DNA of 56,725 bases, taken from the NCBI RefSeq assembly GCF_004010195.1, contig NC_057758.1, forward strand, positions 8,707,446-8,764,170, written 5' to 3'. The notes beneath the pieces were generated by a model that made no database searches, was not told the origin of the DNA, and was given only the letters and a program-made list of their open reading frames with translations. The position numbers and the translations under genes were made by a program. Positions 1 to 11,920 of this stretch are shown piece after piece. The stretch comes from Chiloscyllium plagiosum. Its lineage: Eukaryota. The stretch's first letter is position 1; each line of letters starts with the position of its first letter.

Positions 1-816
1 CATTTGTATTTCAGATTTCCACTATCTCTAATATTTTGCTTTTTCTTTATTGGTCTGGATGTTGACCCCGGTTATATTTGGACAATATGCTCCATTCCTG
101 TTCCCATCACCTGTGCCAGTGACACATGTATTACACTGTAGTCTGTTTCTTCTTTAAGTTCAGAAAATAAATGCGCTGATCTCATTGAAGTGATTTTGAT
201 GCTCAGTGCCTTTAGAGACAGCTAAACTTGGACAAATAGGAATAAAATATTAATTATGACATTGTCTGCGCGTTTAATGTCTAATCTTGTCTCCTCAGTC
301 TCTAAACATTTTCAATACATTTCTCTGAATGATTTCAGCAAAGATGGTTGCCATGCAGCCCATCATCTCTGTACCAGCTCGGTATGAGCTGAATCCTCAT
401 TGTTACTCTGCTGTAAATCACAGTAACCCAACACATTTTCTCATCTGTGTCTGTTGTTATTTCTGAATATCCGATGCAGATATAAACAATCTTAACAACC
501 TGTCTAACCTGTGATTAAACAGTCTGTATATATGATATAATTCTGCACATCATATTTAAAATTGTCCTGTCTATTCACATTGTTGATCAGCATTCCATAT
601 AACAAAGTTTATCTGTTATCTTGCTCTGCAGTGCATTTCATTCCATTTGTCAGAAACAGTGATGGCTGAATACTCGTGACTGGGAGATATTACTGTACTG
701 CCCTCAGGTCTCCTCAGTCACTGGACGCAGCCCTTTCTGTCTCATAGCCATTATCATATTTATTCTTTCACTGACTCATTAATTCATGGCTGTTAATTAT
801 CAAGGTTATTGTACGT

Positions 817-1443
817 TGTTATGGACCAGGGCTGACCCCTCAAAACATTCTTGAGCACGTTTCCCAGACCATAATGTTGCCATTTGTTGAAGTTAAGTGT
901 AAAGTGGATATTCTCAGAGTGAGTTAGCTGGTCCAAATGCCGACTTTTAAATAAACAGAATATATTGACAAAAATAAGGAATGAAATACAACTAACTGAA
1001 AATGCTATACCTGAATAATTCATCCTATCCGAAACTGACAGGCAATCTCCAATTTTGATGCTGATCCAAATTACTTACAACAATTCAAATAATCAAACCC
1101 CTGAGCACAAAGTGTAAACATTACACAAAAAAGCTTACAGGTTATGAAGTCAGCGGACTGAAGGAGGGGGCGTACGTCCAATTTCAACAGTGAACCTGAC
1201 TCAACTAACCCTCGAACTGAACTGACCTTTGCAGCTGGAGAGCTGGCCACATCCCCTTGATTACACCAGTTTTATTAAAAGGCTTGAGAACCTTCTGCCC
1301 GAGACATTATCTGTTCGGTAAAAAAGAGGACACCAATGAAGCATTGAAAACTGAGACATTGTGGAACATTGGGTCGTTTAGAACCTCTCTGAAAGCATTC
1401 AAGGACAACATAACCTAGTAAAGAGACCGCCTATGTGACAACA
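817..1443 (-). mobile_element. 3' LTR of a Gypsy-type LTR retrotransposon
   Basis: Bounded by TGTT (817) and AACA (1443) terminal inverted repeats. It lies about 180 bp downstream of the minus-strand pol stop. Confidence 0.65.
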
Positions 1444-1623
1444 CACCTAAAATAAAACTGAATCTTCAATATACAAGATGGCTTCTGTTTTCCAAATCTC
1501 CAAAATTAGTAGTTTGTACTCTACAATGGGCGCACGTACATTCGTTTACTATAAAAATGCAAACATGCACAACTGCATCAAGACTCAGTATGTGGTACTT
1601 CCATCATTGAGTGCCTCCATTTG

Positions 1624-2680
1624 TCACTCAAGTCTCAACAATGCTTTGGAAATCATGTTTTCAAGACCTGTCACATGCACAATTTTCAAATTGAATGGCT
1701 GTAACAACAAGCTCCAGCGACACAGTCTCGCATTTTTGTCCTAAAATTTCTCAAGAAGACTTCATTGAGTTATGATCAGTGTAAATGGTGGTCTCCGATA
1801 CGTTGCTGCTAATACAAACACTGAAATGTTGTCGTACCGACACAAAGCTCACTGACTCTTTCTCAACTGCTGAATATTTCTACTAGTGAACATTCAACTT
1901 CTTGGAGAAATACCCAATAGGTCTCTCTATCTTCCCGCCATCTTCCTGCAAGAGCCCAACACCGATATCCACATCATTCGCATTTAAATCCACCTTCAAT
2001 GGTATTGCATAATCAGGTGCGTCTGATCGTGGGCAGTGATTAACACATATTTCAAATTCCGTCAAATGCCTTCTGACAGTCCACTGTCCACTGAAACTTC
2101 TTGCCTTTCTTTAACACTTCAGAGAGTGGAGCAGTCACACTGCGAAAATGAGGTACAAACATTCGATAAAATAGACTTAATCCCAGGAACTGCTCCTTTT
2201 GTCAACAGTATTGGAAATTTAGCAATTACTTTCACTTTTAAGCTCATGGCATCATTTATCTATGTCCAATAGCATTGCCAAGCAAGGTGACTTTTGATTT
2301 GGCAAATTCGTGTTTTGCTACGTTTATCACCAAGCCTGCCTTCCGAATTCGATCAAACAAGTCCGATAGATGCTGTCGTGTTCCTTCCATGAGTCACTAA
2401 ATATCACAAGGTCATAAATGTACCCCACAGGTTGGATAATCCGGCAACTTGTTGGTTAGTCCATGAAATGTGGCTGGCACATTTTTCATACCAAATGTAA
2501 GTTGCTTGTCCCACATTTTCAATGCAGTCTTCCAACCATGGAACTGGGTATACATCAATTTTTTTTAACTGCATTGACATTACGATAGTCCACACATAAT
2601 CGTTGGGTACCATTTGGCTTTGGCTCCATGACTATGGGTAATTTCCAGTTACAGTAACGCACGTAGATTATGTCGTCTTA
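1624..2680 (-). mobile_element. Decayed Gypsy pol fragment (RT + RNase H), Gmr1-like
   Basis: Minus-strand frames give DVYPVPWLEDCIENVG, PDYAIPLKVDLNANDVDIGVGLLQED..PIGYFSKKLN and TIYTDHN..KNARLCRWSLLLQPFNLKIVHVTGLENMISKALLRLE*, with stops and frameshifts. Confidence 0.9.
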
Positions 2681-2682
2681 GC

Positions 2683-3028
2683 AGGGGAAGGGGAATTGAA
2701 ATGGGTGGTGACTGGGAGCTCACGTCGGCCCCTTTGGGCCCGGCTGTGATGGTTGGGAAAATGTGCCCTTAGTTTATGTTTGGTCTCCCAATGTAGAGAA
2801 AACCCCATCGGAAGCACCTGATGCAGTACTCTAGGTTGGAAGGGAGGTAGGTGAATCTCTGTTTCACCTGGAAGGTCCGTTTGGAGCGCTGGGTGGAGGT
2901 GAGGGAGATTGTGTGCCAGCAGGTGATGAACCTTTTCCGTTAGCGGGGCCGTTGTCAGTGTGGATTGGAGGGTTTGGTGGGGAGTGTGGCACGAACCAAA
3001 GATTAGCGAAGGGAATGGTCCTTGTGGA
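2683..3028 (-). mobile_element. Penelope-like element GIY-YIG endonuclease fragment
   Basis: Translates as QRFTYLPSNLEYCIRCFRWGFLYIGETK. The partial paralogue is at 21352-21601. Confidence 0.85.
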
Positions 3029-3279
3029 AGATTAGATTACATTACAGTGTGGAAACAGGCGCGACGGCCCAACAAGTCCACACCGACACGCCGAAGCGAA
3101 ACCCACCCATACCCCTACATTTACCCCTTACCTAACGCTACGGGCAATTTAGTATGGCCAATGCACCTGACCCTGCACATCTTTGGACTGTGGGAGGAAA
3201 CCGGAGCACCCGGAGGAAACCCACGCAGACACGGGGAGAACGTGCAAACTCCACACAGTCAGTCAGTCGCCTGAGGCGG
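3029..3279 (-). mobile_element. HE1-type shark SINE, 5'-truncated, young
   Basis: Has the tail AGATTAGATTACATTACAGTGTGGAAACAGGC and the body CTTTGGACTGTGGGAGGAAACCGGAGCACCCGGAGGAAACCCACGCAGACACGGGGAGAACGTGCAAACTCCACACAG. The paralogue is at 21602-21852. Confidence 0.85.
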
Positions 3280-3299
3280 TAAGTGCCAGGTGTTGGGAT

Positions 3300-3925
3300 C
3301 CAACCTGGTTTGCTGTATCTGGTGATACAGGTGTGGTCTTCTCTACATCGGCGATCCCAAATGTAAACTCAGGGGATGTTTTGCTAAGCACCTCAGCTGG
3401 GCCAAGAAGGGGTGAGCTGACCTACCAGTCACTGCCTATTTCAAGTCCCCCTCCCTTTCCAACGTGGCCATCCTTGACTTCCTCCATAGACCACAATGAA
3501 GCAAACCGCAAATTGGAGGAACACACTTCATCCTCTGCCTGGTCAGCCTACAGCCCGGGCAACTCAACATTGAGTTCTCCAATTTCAAATTCCCCCCAAA
3601 ACATTCCCAGCCCCTCCTCCTCACTATCATTCCTCTGATCAGCCCTTCTTCCATTTCCCAACTGGATTCATTCCTCCCATCGACCAACCCAGTCATAACA
3701 TCTTCTTTTTTCACATATCCCCACCTCAGCATCCTGTCTCCTCCTCTCCTACCCCGCCTGTGTAAATGTAGACCCCCTTAACACCCCCTCCTACACTCCC
3801 AGTCCTGAAGAATGCTTTTACTCAAGTCGTTGACTTCTCAAATCCTGATGCCGCCTCTCTTGTTGTGTTGTTCCGGCATCCTGTCTGTCTATTTTGAATT
3901 CCAACATTTGCAGATTTTTAAAAAA
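3300..3925 (+). mobile_element. Penelope-like element 3' part (GIY-YIG C-terminus + pyrimidine-rich pLTR)
   Basis: NLVCCIW..RCGLLYIGDPKCKL..HNEANRKLEE..LQPGQLNIEFSNFK is followed by a C/T-rich tract and a CTGAAGA..GATGC..TTCCAACATTTGCAG terminus. The paralogue is at 21870-22445. Confidence 0.85.
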
Positions 3926-4089
3926 AATCTCTTGTTGTGTAAGAAACAAGAGAGAGTGAATGCGCTGTGTCTCTTCTTATCGTATAGTTTTGATGGGCTG
4001 AATGGTTTCCTCACATTCCAATGAAACCAGCTTGAGATGCTGAATGACCTCCTCTTTCTATACTGTGGAAAAGTTCAGGGTGCAGCAAT

Positions 4090-4475
4090 GCTGACACACG
4101 AATTTTACCTGCACGTTAACAGCATGAGCTTGAACATTGTCCAGGTTTTGATGTTTTCTGTGATCTTCATTGAACATCTTCACTTCTGATCGAATGACGG
4201 AAGGAAAGACATTGATGAAGCAGCTGACGATATTTGTGCTGAGGAAGCTACCCTGAGGACCACCCACAGAGATATCGAGGGACTGAGAGGATTGATGTTC
4301 ACCAGCCACACTGTGTTCTGAATGACCCAAACAGTGGAGAGTTTCCAACTGATTCCTGTTAAGTTCAATCTTGTTCCGACCCTTTTAACCTTGTTCATTC
4401 AAATCTTGATGTAATGTCAGGGGCAGCCATTCTGACGCTGTGTTCATATCTTTTGTTCATGTCACCAGGCCAAGG
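4090..4475 (-). mobile_element. Old CR1/L2-clade LINE RT fragment
   Basis: GGPQGSFLSTNIVSCFINVFPSVIRSEVKMFNED is a decayed form of PQGSVLGP..F..FINDL..FADD. Paralogues are at 22605-22990 and about 43580-44000. Confidence 0.8.
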
Positions 4476-4901
4476 TATATGTGTGGGGAGTCTTTCCTTC
4501 TCTCAGAGGCTAGTGATTGTTGGAGCCTCTTGCATCCCTGAAATGATTGGGAGGGGGTGAGGAGGGTGTCAATTGATTTTGAGAGAGTCGAGACCGACAA
4601 AGATTTGGGCAAGAAAAAGAAATTGCTGCCAAGAGCAGATCAGCTCTGACTTTACTGAAGGGAATAGCAGATTTGAGGAAGCTCAATAGCCTCGTGTTAT
4701 TTCAGTATTCCCCAGAGTCCAGTCAGTTTGTGTTTCTTCCATGTCCTGTGTTACTGACCGAACGTAGCAGAATAGACTGATCCTGTCGCTGCAGAACAGG
4801 ATACTGGTTGTACATGATCTATTCTCAGTACAATTGTATAGGTTCAATGGCTTATTGGCCTCCTCCTGTAACTGTATGTCAGGCTCCCGGGGTTGAAAAG
4901 C

Positions 4902-7510
4902 CTTATCTTGCCCTGGTGTAAATGAAATCCATATTGACTACATCTACCACCCTAGCAGAAAGTGAGCACTGCAGATGCTGGAGATCAGAGTCGACAAGTA
5001 TGGTACTGAAAAAGCATGGCAGGTCAGGCAACGTTAGAGGAACAATATAATCGATGTTTCCGACATTCCTGATGAAAGGCTTATGCCCGAAACATCGATT
5101 CTCTTGTTCCTGCCTGACTTGCTGTGCTTTTTTCCAGCGCCACACTTTTTGACGTCTACAGCCCCGACCTAACAACCTTCCTGATCCCACCATGAAATAA
5201 CTTTAAGAACTTTTTCAGGCATGATCTCCCACGTACAAAGCCATTCTCAATATTCCTAATCAAACCCTGTCTTTCCAAATTAATGTACATCTTATCCTTC
5301 AAAATTTTCTCAACTCACATACCTACCACAGATGTTAAACCTACTGCTCCATAGTTTCAAGTTTTTTTTCAGTACTTCTTAAATAAGGGCCCAATATTTG
5401 ATATCCTCTAGATTTCCAGGATCTCAACTCTGGTTAATGATGATCAAAGTCATCAGCCAGGTCCCCCGCACATGTTTCTCTAGCCCCTATAGTGTTCTTG
5501 GATATATCTGGTAAGGAACGTGAGATTTATTCATCCTCAAGCATTCTAGCACGTGCAGTACCTCCTATATTGTGATATGGACTGTCCCAATAAATCACCA
5601 CGAACTTCGCCAAGTTCCTAACTATTCATGTCTTTCTCCATGTTAAACACAGAGGAGAAATATCCATTAACGATCTCGCCCATCTCTTTTGGTTCCACAC
5701 ATGCATGTCACTTTGATCTTTGAGAGGTCCTATTTTCTCACTAGTTATTGTTTTTGGTTTAATATACTGAAAGTACCATTTGGATTCATCTTAATCTTCT
5801 CATCCAAGGCTATTTAATGCCCCCTTTTCGCCCTACTGATTTCCTTCTTCAGAAAATTCCTGCATCCCTTATATACCTCCAGTCCCACATAGCTATCCAT
5901 GCTCTGAGTTCTTCGACCTTTACCTGTCAGTCCTCTTGCATTAAAATAAATGCAATTGAATAAAAACAGGCATTCTTGCTCCCAGTTGTGTTCCATCCTG
6001 ACCTGTCTTTTCACTTTATTGTTTCTGATTACTGTATCTCCTTCCAGCCTAGCACTTGCCTCCCTGCTCTTGAGGATCTCACCCCCTGCCAATCTCGTTT
6101 AAACCCTTTTTGGAGCACGACCAAACCTGACGCCAAGATATTGGATCCCCTCCATGGCATGTGCCATCTGTCCCTCTTGAAAAGGTCAACTCTGTCACAG
6201 AAAAGACCCCAATGATCAAAACATCTGAGTGTCTTCCCCTGCACCAATTCTTAATCTATGCATGTAACTGCCATATCCTTCTATTCTTACTTTCATGAGC
6301 TCATGAAACAGGAAGTAATCAGGAGATTACCACATCGAGGTCTTGGTTTTTAACTTTTCTCCTAACTCTCTGTCATCACTCTGTAGGACCGCAGTCCGAT
6401 ATCTACGTGAATCATTTGTGATGCCACCGTGCACAATGACTTCTGCCTTCTCACCCTTCCCCTTGACGACGTTCTGCAGCCGCTCAGAGACTTCCTGGAC
6501 CCTGGCAACTCGAACGTACCACAAATTTTTGGATTCCCGTTTGAGGCCCCAGAATCTCCAATCTGTCCCTGCAGCAAGCGACTATCCTATCTCTAAGACC
6601 CTGTTTTAATTTATCCTTTCCCGCTGTACCCCAGAGCCATTGGTAGTGCCACCCACCTGGCTACTGCTGCTTTCCCTTGAACGGTTGTTCCCTTCAACAG
6701 TATCTGACATGGTATACTTGTTATCGAGAGGAATGGCCACAGGGGATAGCTGCACTCTCTGCCTACTCCCTTTGCCATTCCAAACCTACTCTCTGCCTGG
6801 AACACGATAGGGAGCAAGGACTGGCTGTTGGATTAACTTTTGTTTAATAAAATGCAACAGGGCTGACAGGTAAGACTGATGAACTCAGGGCATGGATCTT
6901 TATGTAGGACTGTGCCATTATAGTCATTACAGAAACATGGCTGGGGTGGTTCTTGGGCGTGACCACAACACTAAAGCACTTACATATGAAGTTCGCAGCA
7001 TCTTCGATAATCCTGAGTGCATCCAGCTCCAGCTCCCAAACATGGTCTCCCAGGAACTGCAGCTGGGTGCACTTTCTACACGTATGGTCAACAGGGACGG
7101 TGGAAATCTCTCTGAGCTCCTATATCCCACGGGAGGAACGTGCAACTGGCCTAACTGTCTTCTTGACTGCTGTAATACGAAAATAAAATGATTTTATTTG
7201 AGCTTGCCTGTACTTTTTTTCTGAGCTGCTGCTGTCTTAAGCCTCTCAAAGCAAAGACTTGCTACTTACTCTGCTACCAACTGCATTTTCTCTACTCCTC
7301 CAACTTTAATTTTGTTTAAGGAAGAAGGGAAATACTACAGTTATGCAATGTTTGTGCCTGAAACACGAAGCCCATGACGACCTGCTCTCCAGAGCACGTC
7401 ATTCCTTGTACTTAGAGGGTGTCTTGCTGAGTCTTTCTCCTGCTGGTGATAACTACGCTGAGGCAAATATTCACCCCAACAGCCAATCCGCGTTGTCGCA
7501 GTCCCCTGCT
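4902..7510 (-). mobile_element. CR1 (HER1-like) LINE 5' half: ORF1 (Zn finger + SGNH esterase-like) and internally deleted ORF2
   Basis: ORF1 pieces are CSS..CRKCTQLQFL, ARVQEVSERLQNVVKG..VIVHGG..ND and FDHWGLF..DLFKRD. The ORF2 start is CIYFNARGLTGK, and the RT piece is LIRNIENGFVRGRSCL. The paralogue is at 23431-26395. Confidence 0.85.
4957..5157. mobile_element. Fold-back (palindromic) Penelope pLTR-derived element with a hammerhead-like core
   Basis: The left arm is the reverse complement of the right arm (AATCGATGTTTC at 5049 pairs with GAAACATCGATT at 5089). The core CTGATGA-AAGGC-TTAT-GCCC-GAAAC spans 5069-5093. The paralogue is at 23486-23686. Confidence 0.7.
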
Positions 7511-8199
7511 CCTTTCTGACTATTAATACTGCATTTATGAAATCCTTGAATCCGTCGATTGCATTCCAAACTGTGCCTCACTCCAAAGGGAGATTAGTTA
7601 TGTTCCAGTGAATACAGGGCTGTTGGAAAAAGAATTGCATTCAACACAAGAGCAACATTCTGGCTATCCACACACTGAGTCTGCTTTTCTGTTCAATTCC
7701 GTTATATCTATTCTGATAATCCCCCATTCTACTTTATTGCATTTCCCTATAAGCAACCCTTGTTTAAAAATCAGTCTTTCTCAGCCTTCAAGATGTTTAA
7801 TGATCATGCCTCAACAGCCCTCAGAATTTTCTACAATTATTTCACTCTCACTGTTGGGAGACTTGGTGGTCTTTAATCCCATTCCTAGTACTCTGTGTGT
7901 GTATTTCTAGTACTCTGTGTGGCAGTTGTGCCAACATTAGATGTTATCGTGTCCCATCACACCACCCCTATGGCCGGAGACAAGACAAAAAATTAAAATG
8001 TCAGAGCCTGTACTCATCTCCCTCATCTTCCACATCAGCCGAAGTTACAGCTCACTCGGATATGGGGATTTTCCCATTCTTTACCCTGCATAAACTTCCA
8101 ATTCTTCCTTGGCTTCTGCATCAATTCGTTCAAGGGGCACACTGTCACTCTCCCTGAATCCAGGAACTGCTTCTCCCAACGGAAGACCCGATATGAAGC

Positions 8200-9360
8200 C
8201 CGTGTTTAACATATCCTGTGGCTCCGTGCACCGGCTGCCCCCTTGGTCTCTAATGCACCCCCTTCTTTCTGCTGTTACCCTCTTCCTCTTAATAAACTTT
8301 ATAATCTCTTTGGATTCTTGTTAATTTTACCCACTAATGTTTTATCACGATCACCCTTCTGCTTTTCTACTAACTTTTTAAGATTAGCCTGACACTTTCT
8401 ATATTCATTTAGTGCATCCATTGACCTGCTCACTTTGTACCTGCTTTAAGCTTCTCTTTCGTTTTTAATTCTGTTCTGTTTTTTTTTATGACACCCGAGG
8501 TTCTCTGGAGTTATTTTCCAAATTTGGGCGGATACTCTCATTAATTCCTTTTTGATCAAGTGATTTCCCCATCCCCCCGCCACATGCTGTTCTGCTACAG
8601 TTTCACCCAGAAGCCACTGCACTTTGGCCAGATACCGTCATATTTTTTCATAAAATCAGTGTCCTCAAACGAAAAACCTTTTATTTACCAGATAGTGCGT
8701 TTTTTAAAATCCTTTCCTTACCAAACATAAAACGTATGATGACGCGGTCACTGGCCATATAATGCTCTCCCAATCCTGCCTGCAATATCCTGACGGGCTT
8801 CATTCCCCACAATGAGACACCTCACTGCCCCTCCCTTTGTTGTATCTCCTCCTTGATGATACAAGCAGCTTTTTGGAATAAATCTCAAGGCATTTTTCCC
8901 CTCTTAAGAAGTTATCACTGATTTATTAATGCTTGGAAATGAAATGCCTGTGTATAATAAACCTATTAATGTTTCGACACAACTCAGTAAATTGGTTTTA
9001 TATCTGCTCCTGTACTTTCTTTTATCTGGGGGGTCTATAATATGTTCCCAGCAGTGCATCTGCTATGGTTTTGATCCTGAGTTCTAACCACCAAGCCTCA
9101 TTAGAAGATCTTCCCAAGATGTCGTCCCTCCTTACTGTAGTAACTGACTCCATAATTAATAAGGCAACACCACCTCCTAATAACCCCTCTCCTGTCCTGT
9201 CTATAGTTCTTATATCACAGCATATTGAGTTGTCAGTCCTGAATTCAATCAAGCGCATCTCTGTAATGGCAACAATGCCACATTTCCATATGTTACGTTG
9301 TTCCATTATCACATCTGTCTGTCCAATAGCATTCCCAGCATTAAGGTAAAGCACATCCAC
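8200..9360 (-). mobile_element. Old CR1 ORF2 AP-endonuclease fragment
   Basis: Translates as VLYLNAG..IVAITE..IDR..GGGVALLI..EAWWLELR..LLGTYYRPP. The paralogue is at about 27070-28245. Confidence 0.85.
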
Positions 9361-9618
9361 CCTGGAATATAACACCTGGAATACTCTGTACCTCGGAGTT
9401 CTCCAGTCATTCACTGTTCCTTATCAAACTGCCCAATTCATGTTCCAAAACTGTAACTCTGGGACTCAATTAGTATTTGTTGAAATGCAATTTCGTTTTT
9501 AATAGATGTATTAATGTAATGCAATTTTCCAGAACTAAGCAGTCTGCTCCACATACAATGTGTTTCTGCTGATTAATTCCCTGCTCAGTGTGCAGAGGGG
9601 ACAGCCGTCAGTAATAGG

Positions 9619-9743
9619 GAAAATGAGGTCGGCAGATGCTGGAGATCAGAGTCGAAAAGAGTGGCACTGAAAACGAACAGCCAGTCAGGCAACATCTGAG
9701 GAGCAAGAGAGTCAAAGATTTGGGCATCACCCCTTCATCAGGA
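9619..9743 (-). mobile_element. Penelope pLTR terminal fragment
   Basis: GCAGATGCTGGAGATCAGAGTCG..CCCTTCATCAGG belongs to the same family as 4957-5157. Further copies are at 28505-28629 and 47565-47684. Confidence 0.7.
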
Positions 9744-9744
9744 G

Positions 9745-10730
9745 CGCATTCATGCCTTCCCATACTTTTCATTCCATGGTGGACAGGATATTGGGAACCG
9801 GACATGCTAAGTGAAGCAGCACGGTATGTAGCCGTGAAATGGAAAGCATTCAATCAGTTGGTTGGACAGGGAGCAGACAATTTCAGGTGAAGTACAGACT
9901 AATTGAAGTACAAACATAAGAATAGATAAATCCCCTGGGCCAGAGGGGAAACACGCTAGGTTGCTACAGGAAGAGAGGGAAGAGATTTCTGCGCCTTTGG
10001 CGATTGTCTTTGCGTCTTCACTGTCCATTGGAGTAGTACCAGATGATTGCCTTGTTCACGAAAGGGAATTGGTATAATTCTGAGAATTACAGTCCAGTCA
10101 GTCTTACATCAGTATTGGGCAAAGTAGTGGAGAGGATTCTGAGAGACAGACTTTATGATTACTTGGAAAATCATAGCTTGATTAGAAATAGTCAGCATGG
10201 CTTTGTGAGGGGCAATTCATGCCTCACAAATCTTATGGAATTTTTTGAGGATAGGATAAAACACATTGAAGAAGGTAGAGAAGTGGATGCGGTGTGCATA
10301 GTGTTTAACAAGACGTTCGATCACGTTCCCAATGGTAGATTCCTTCAGAAAGTAAGGTGGCGTGGGATACAGAGAAATCTGTCTGTCTGGATACAGAATT
10401 GACTGGCCCATTGAGACACTATATGGTAGTAAACGGATAGTATTCAGTCTGAAGCTTGTTGAAAAGTGGTTTTCTGTAGGATTCGGTTCAGGGTACTCTG
10501 CTGTTTGTGTTTTCTTTAATGATTTGGATGAGGAAGTGGATAGTCAATGGAACAAAGGTCGGTAGAAATGTGAATTGTGTGGAGGGCTGTTGTAGTTTGC
10601 ACAGGGACAATGGCAGGATGAAGAATTGGGCTGATAAGTAGCGGATGGATATCAACCTGGAAAAGTGTGAAGCGATTCATTCTGGAAAATCAAATTTGAA
10701 CGCAGAATACAGGATAAAAGATAGGTAGTG
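9745..10730 (+). mobile_element. CR1 ORF2 RT fragment
   Basis: Translates as NYSPVSLTSVLGKVVERILRD..SQHGFVRGNSCLTNLMEFFE..VDAVC..F.KTFDHVP. The paralogue is at 28630-29615. Confidence 0.9.
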
Positions 10731-10734
10731 CTTG

Positions 10735-11225
10735 TCAGGTTTCCAACAATTAACCCTCATGTCTAGGCACCTTCCTCTGCCACCACAGGAATGCAAGGCC
10801 TGTGCACACACCTCCCCCCGCCTCACTAAGGCCAGGAAGATCCTTCCACGTCCATAAAGGTTTCACCTGCAGTTCCACACATGTCAGATGCTGTATCCGT
10901 TGTTCCTAATGCGGTCTTCTATACGTTGGGGAGATAGGACCTCTACTCGCAGAGCACTTCAGAGAACATCTCTGGGACACCCGCACCAAGCAACTCCACT
11001 GCCCCGTGGCGGAACGCTTCAACTCCCCATCCAACTCAGCTGTGGACATGCAGATCCAGGACTTCATCCATCGCCACTCCCTTACCACCTCATCTTCAAC
11101 CTCGGGACACATCAATCCCATGGCATCAATGTGGATTTGACCAGTTTCCACAATTCCCCTCCTCCCACCTTATCACAATTCCAAACTTCCAGCTTAGCAC
11201 CGCCCTCATCACCCGTCCCATCTTT
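10735..11225 (+). mobile_element. Penelope-like GIY-YIG fragment
   Basis: Contains CKACAHT..RFHLQFH../CIRCS.CGLLYVGE and ..LIFNLGTHQSHGINVDLTSF. The paralogue is at 29620-30105. Confidence 0.8.
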
Positions 11226-11324
11226 TTATTCGAAGTGGGAATGGATTTTTTTTAGATTCCCTACAGAGTGGAAGCAGGCCCTTTGGCCGAATAAGTCCGC
11301 ACCAAACATCCAAGTCCATCGTAA

Positions 11325-11566
11325 GAAGGAGAAATCAGCACGTGGAGCCCGGCAACGTTCTGTTGGGATGGTATACGATCATACAAAGTTAAGTTAAAGC
11401 ATTAAGTAGTTTGTAGTGTGTTTCGTTACGTTATAGTACAATTTGTTGTTCTCATATTAATTGTGTTTAATCAACACATGTTGATGTTTATGAATCGACT
11501 CACAGTTCTTTTGGTGAATATAAGATTTTAAAACACACTGTGTCGTGATATAAAAGTTTCATAACA
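11325..11566 (+). mobile_element. Probable LTR 3' fragment
   Basis: T-rich tract ending in TTCATAACA, the same terminus as the solo LTR at 48957. The paralogue is at about 30205-30450. Confidence 0.35.
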
Positions 11567-11619
11567 ATTCTCTTTGCACTTCATACTGAAGAATTTTCCT
11601 GTATTTAGAAAAATGCCTG

Positions 11620-11920
11620 TATTCTTCTTACCAAAGTGCATGACCTCAGACTTACCCCCATTGTACTCCATCTGCCACTTCTTTGCCCACTCTCGTAACA
11701 CGTCTTATCCCTTCTTCAGCCTCTCCACTTCCGCAATTCTACCTGTCTCTCCACCTATCTTTATATCATCTGAAAAGTTAACCAGAATGCCTTTAGAACA
11801 TTCATCTAATTTACAAAGTAAAAAGTCGTGGTCCCAACACTGAGCCTTGTGGAATATCACATGTCACTGGCTACCATACTGACATGATCATTTTTAACCT
11901 CACTCGCTGTTTTCTGCCTT
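11620..11920 (-). mobile_element. CR1 RT fragment
   Basis: The minus strand reads SDM.YSTRLSVGT/PQGSVLGP-like through WQMEYNG. Most of it falls in the 30539-30582 gap in copy 2. Confidence 0.7.

Noticed and set aside
700..800. Faint similarity to 43190-43290 (TCTTTCACTG.CT, CATAG, TGGA..CAG)
   Set aside because: The matches are short and AT-rich and cannot be distinguished from chance without an alignment score.
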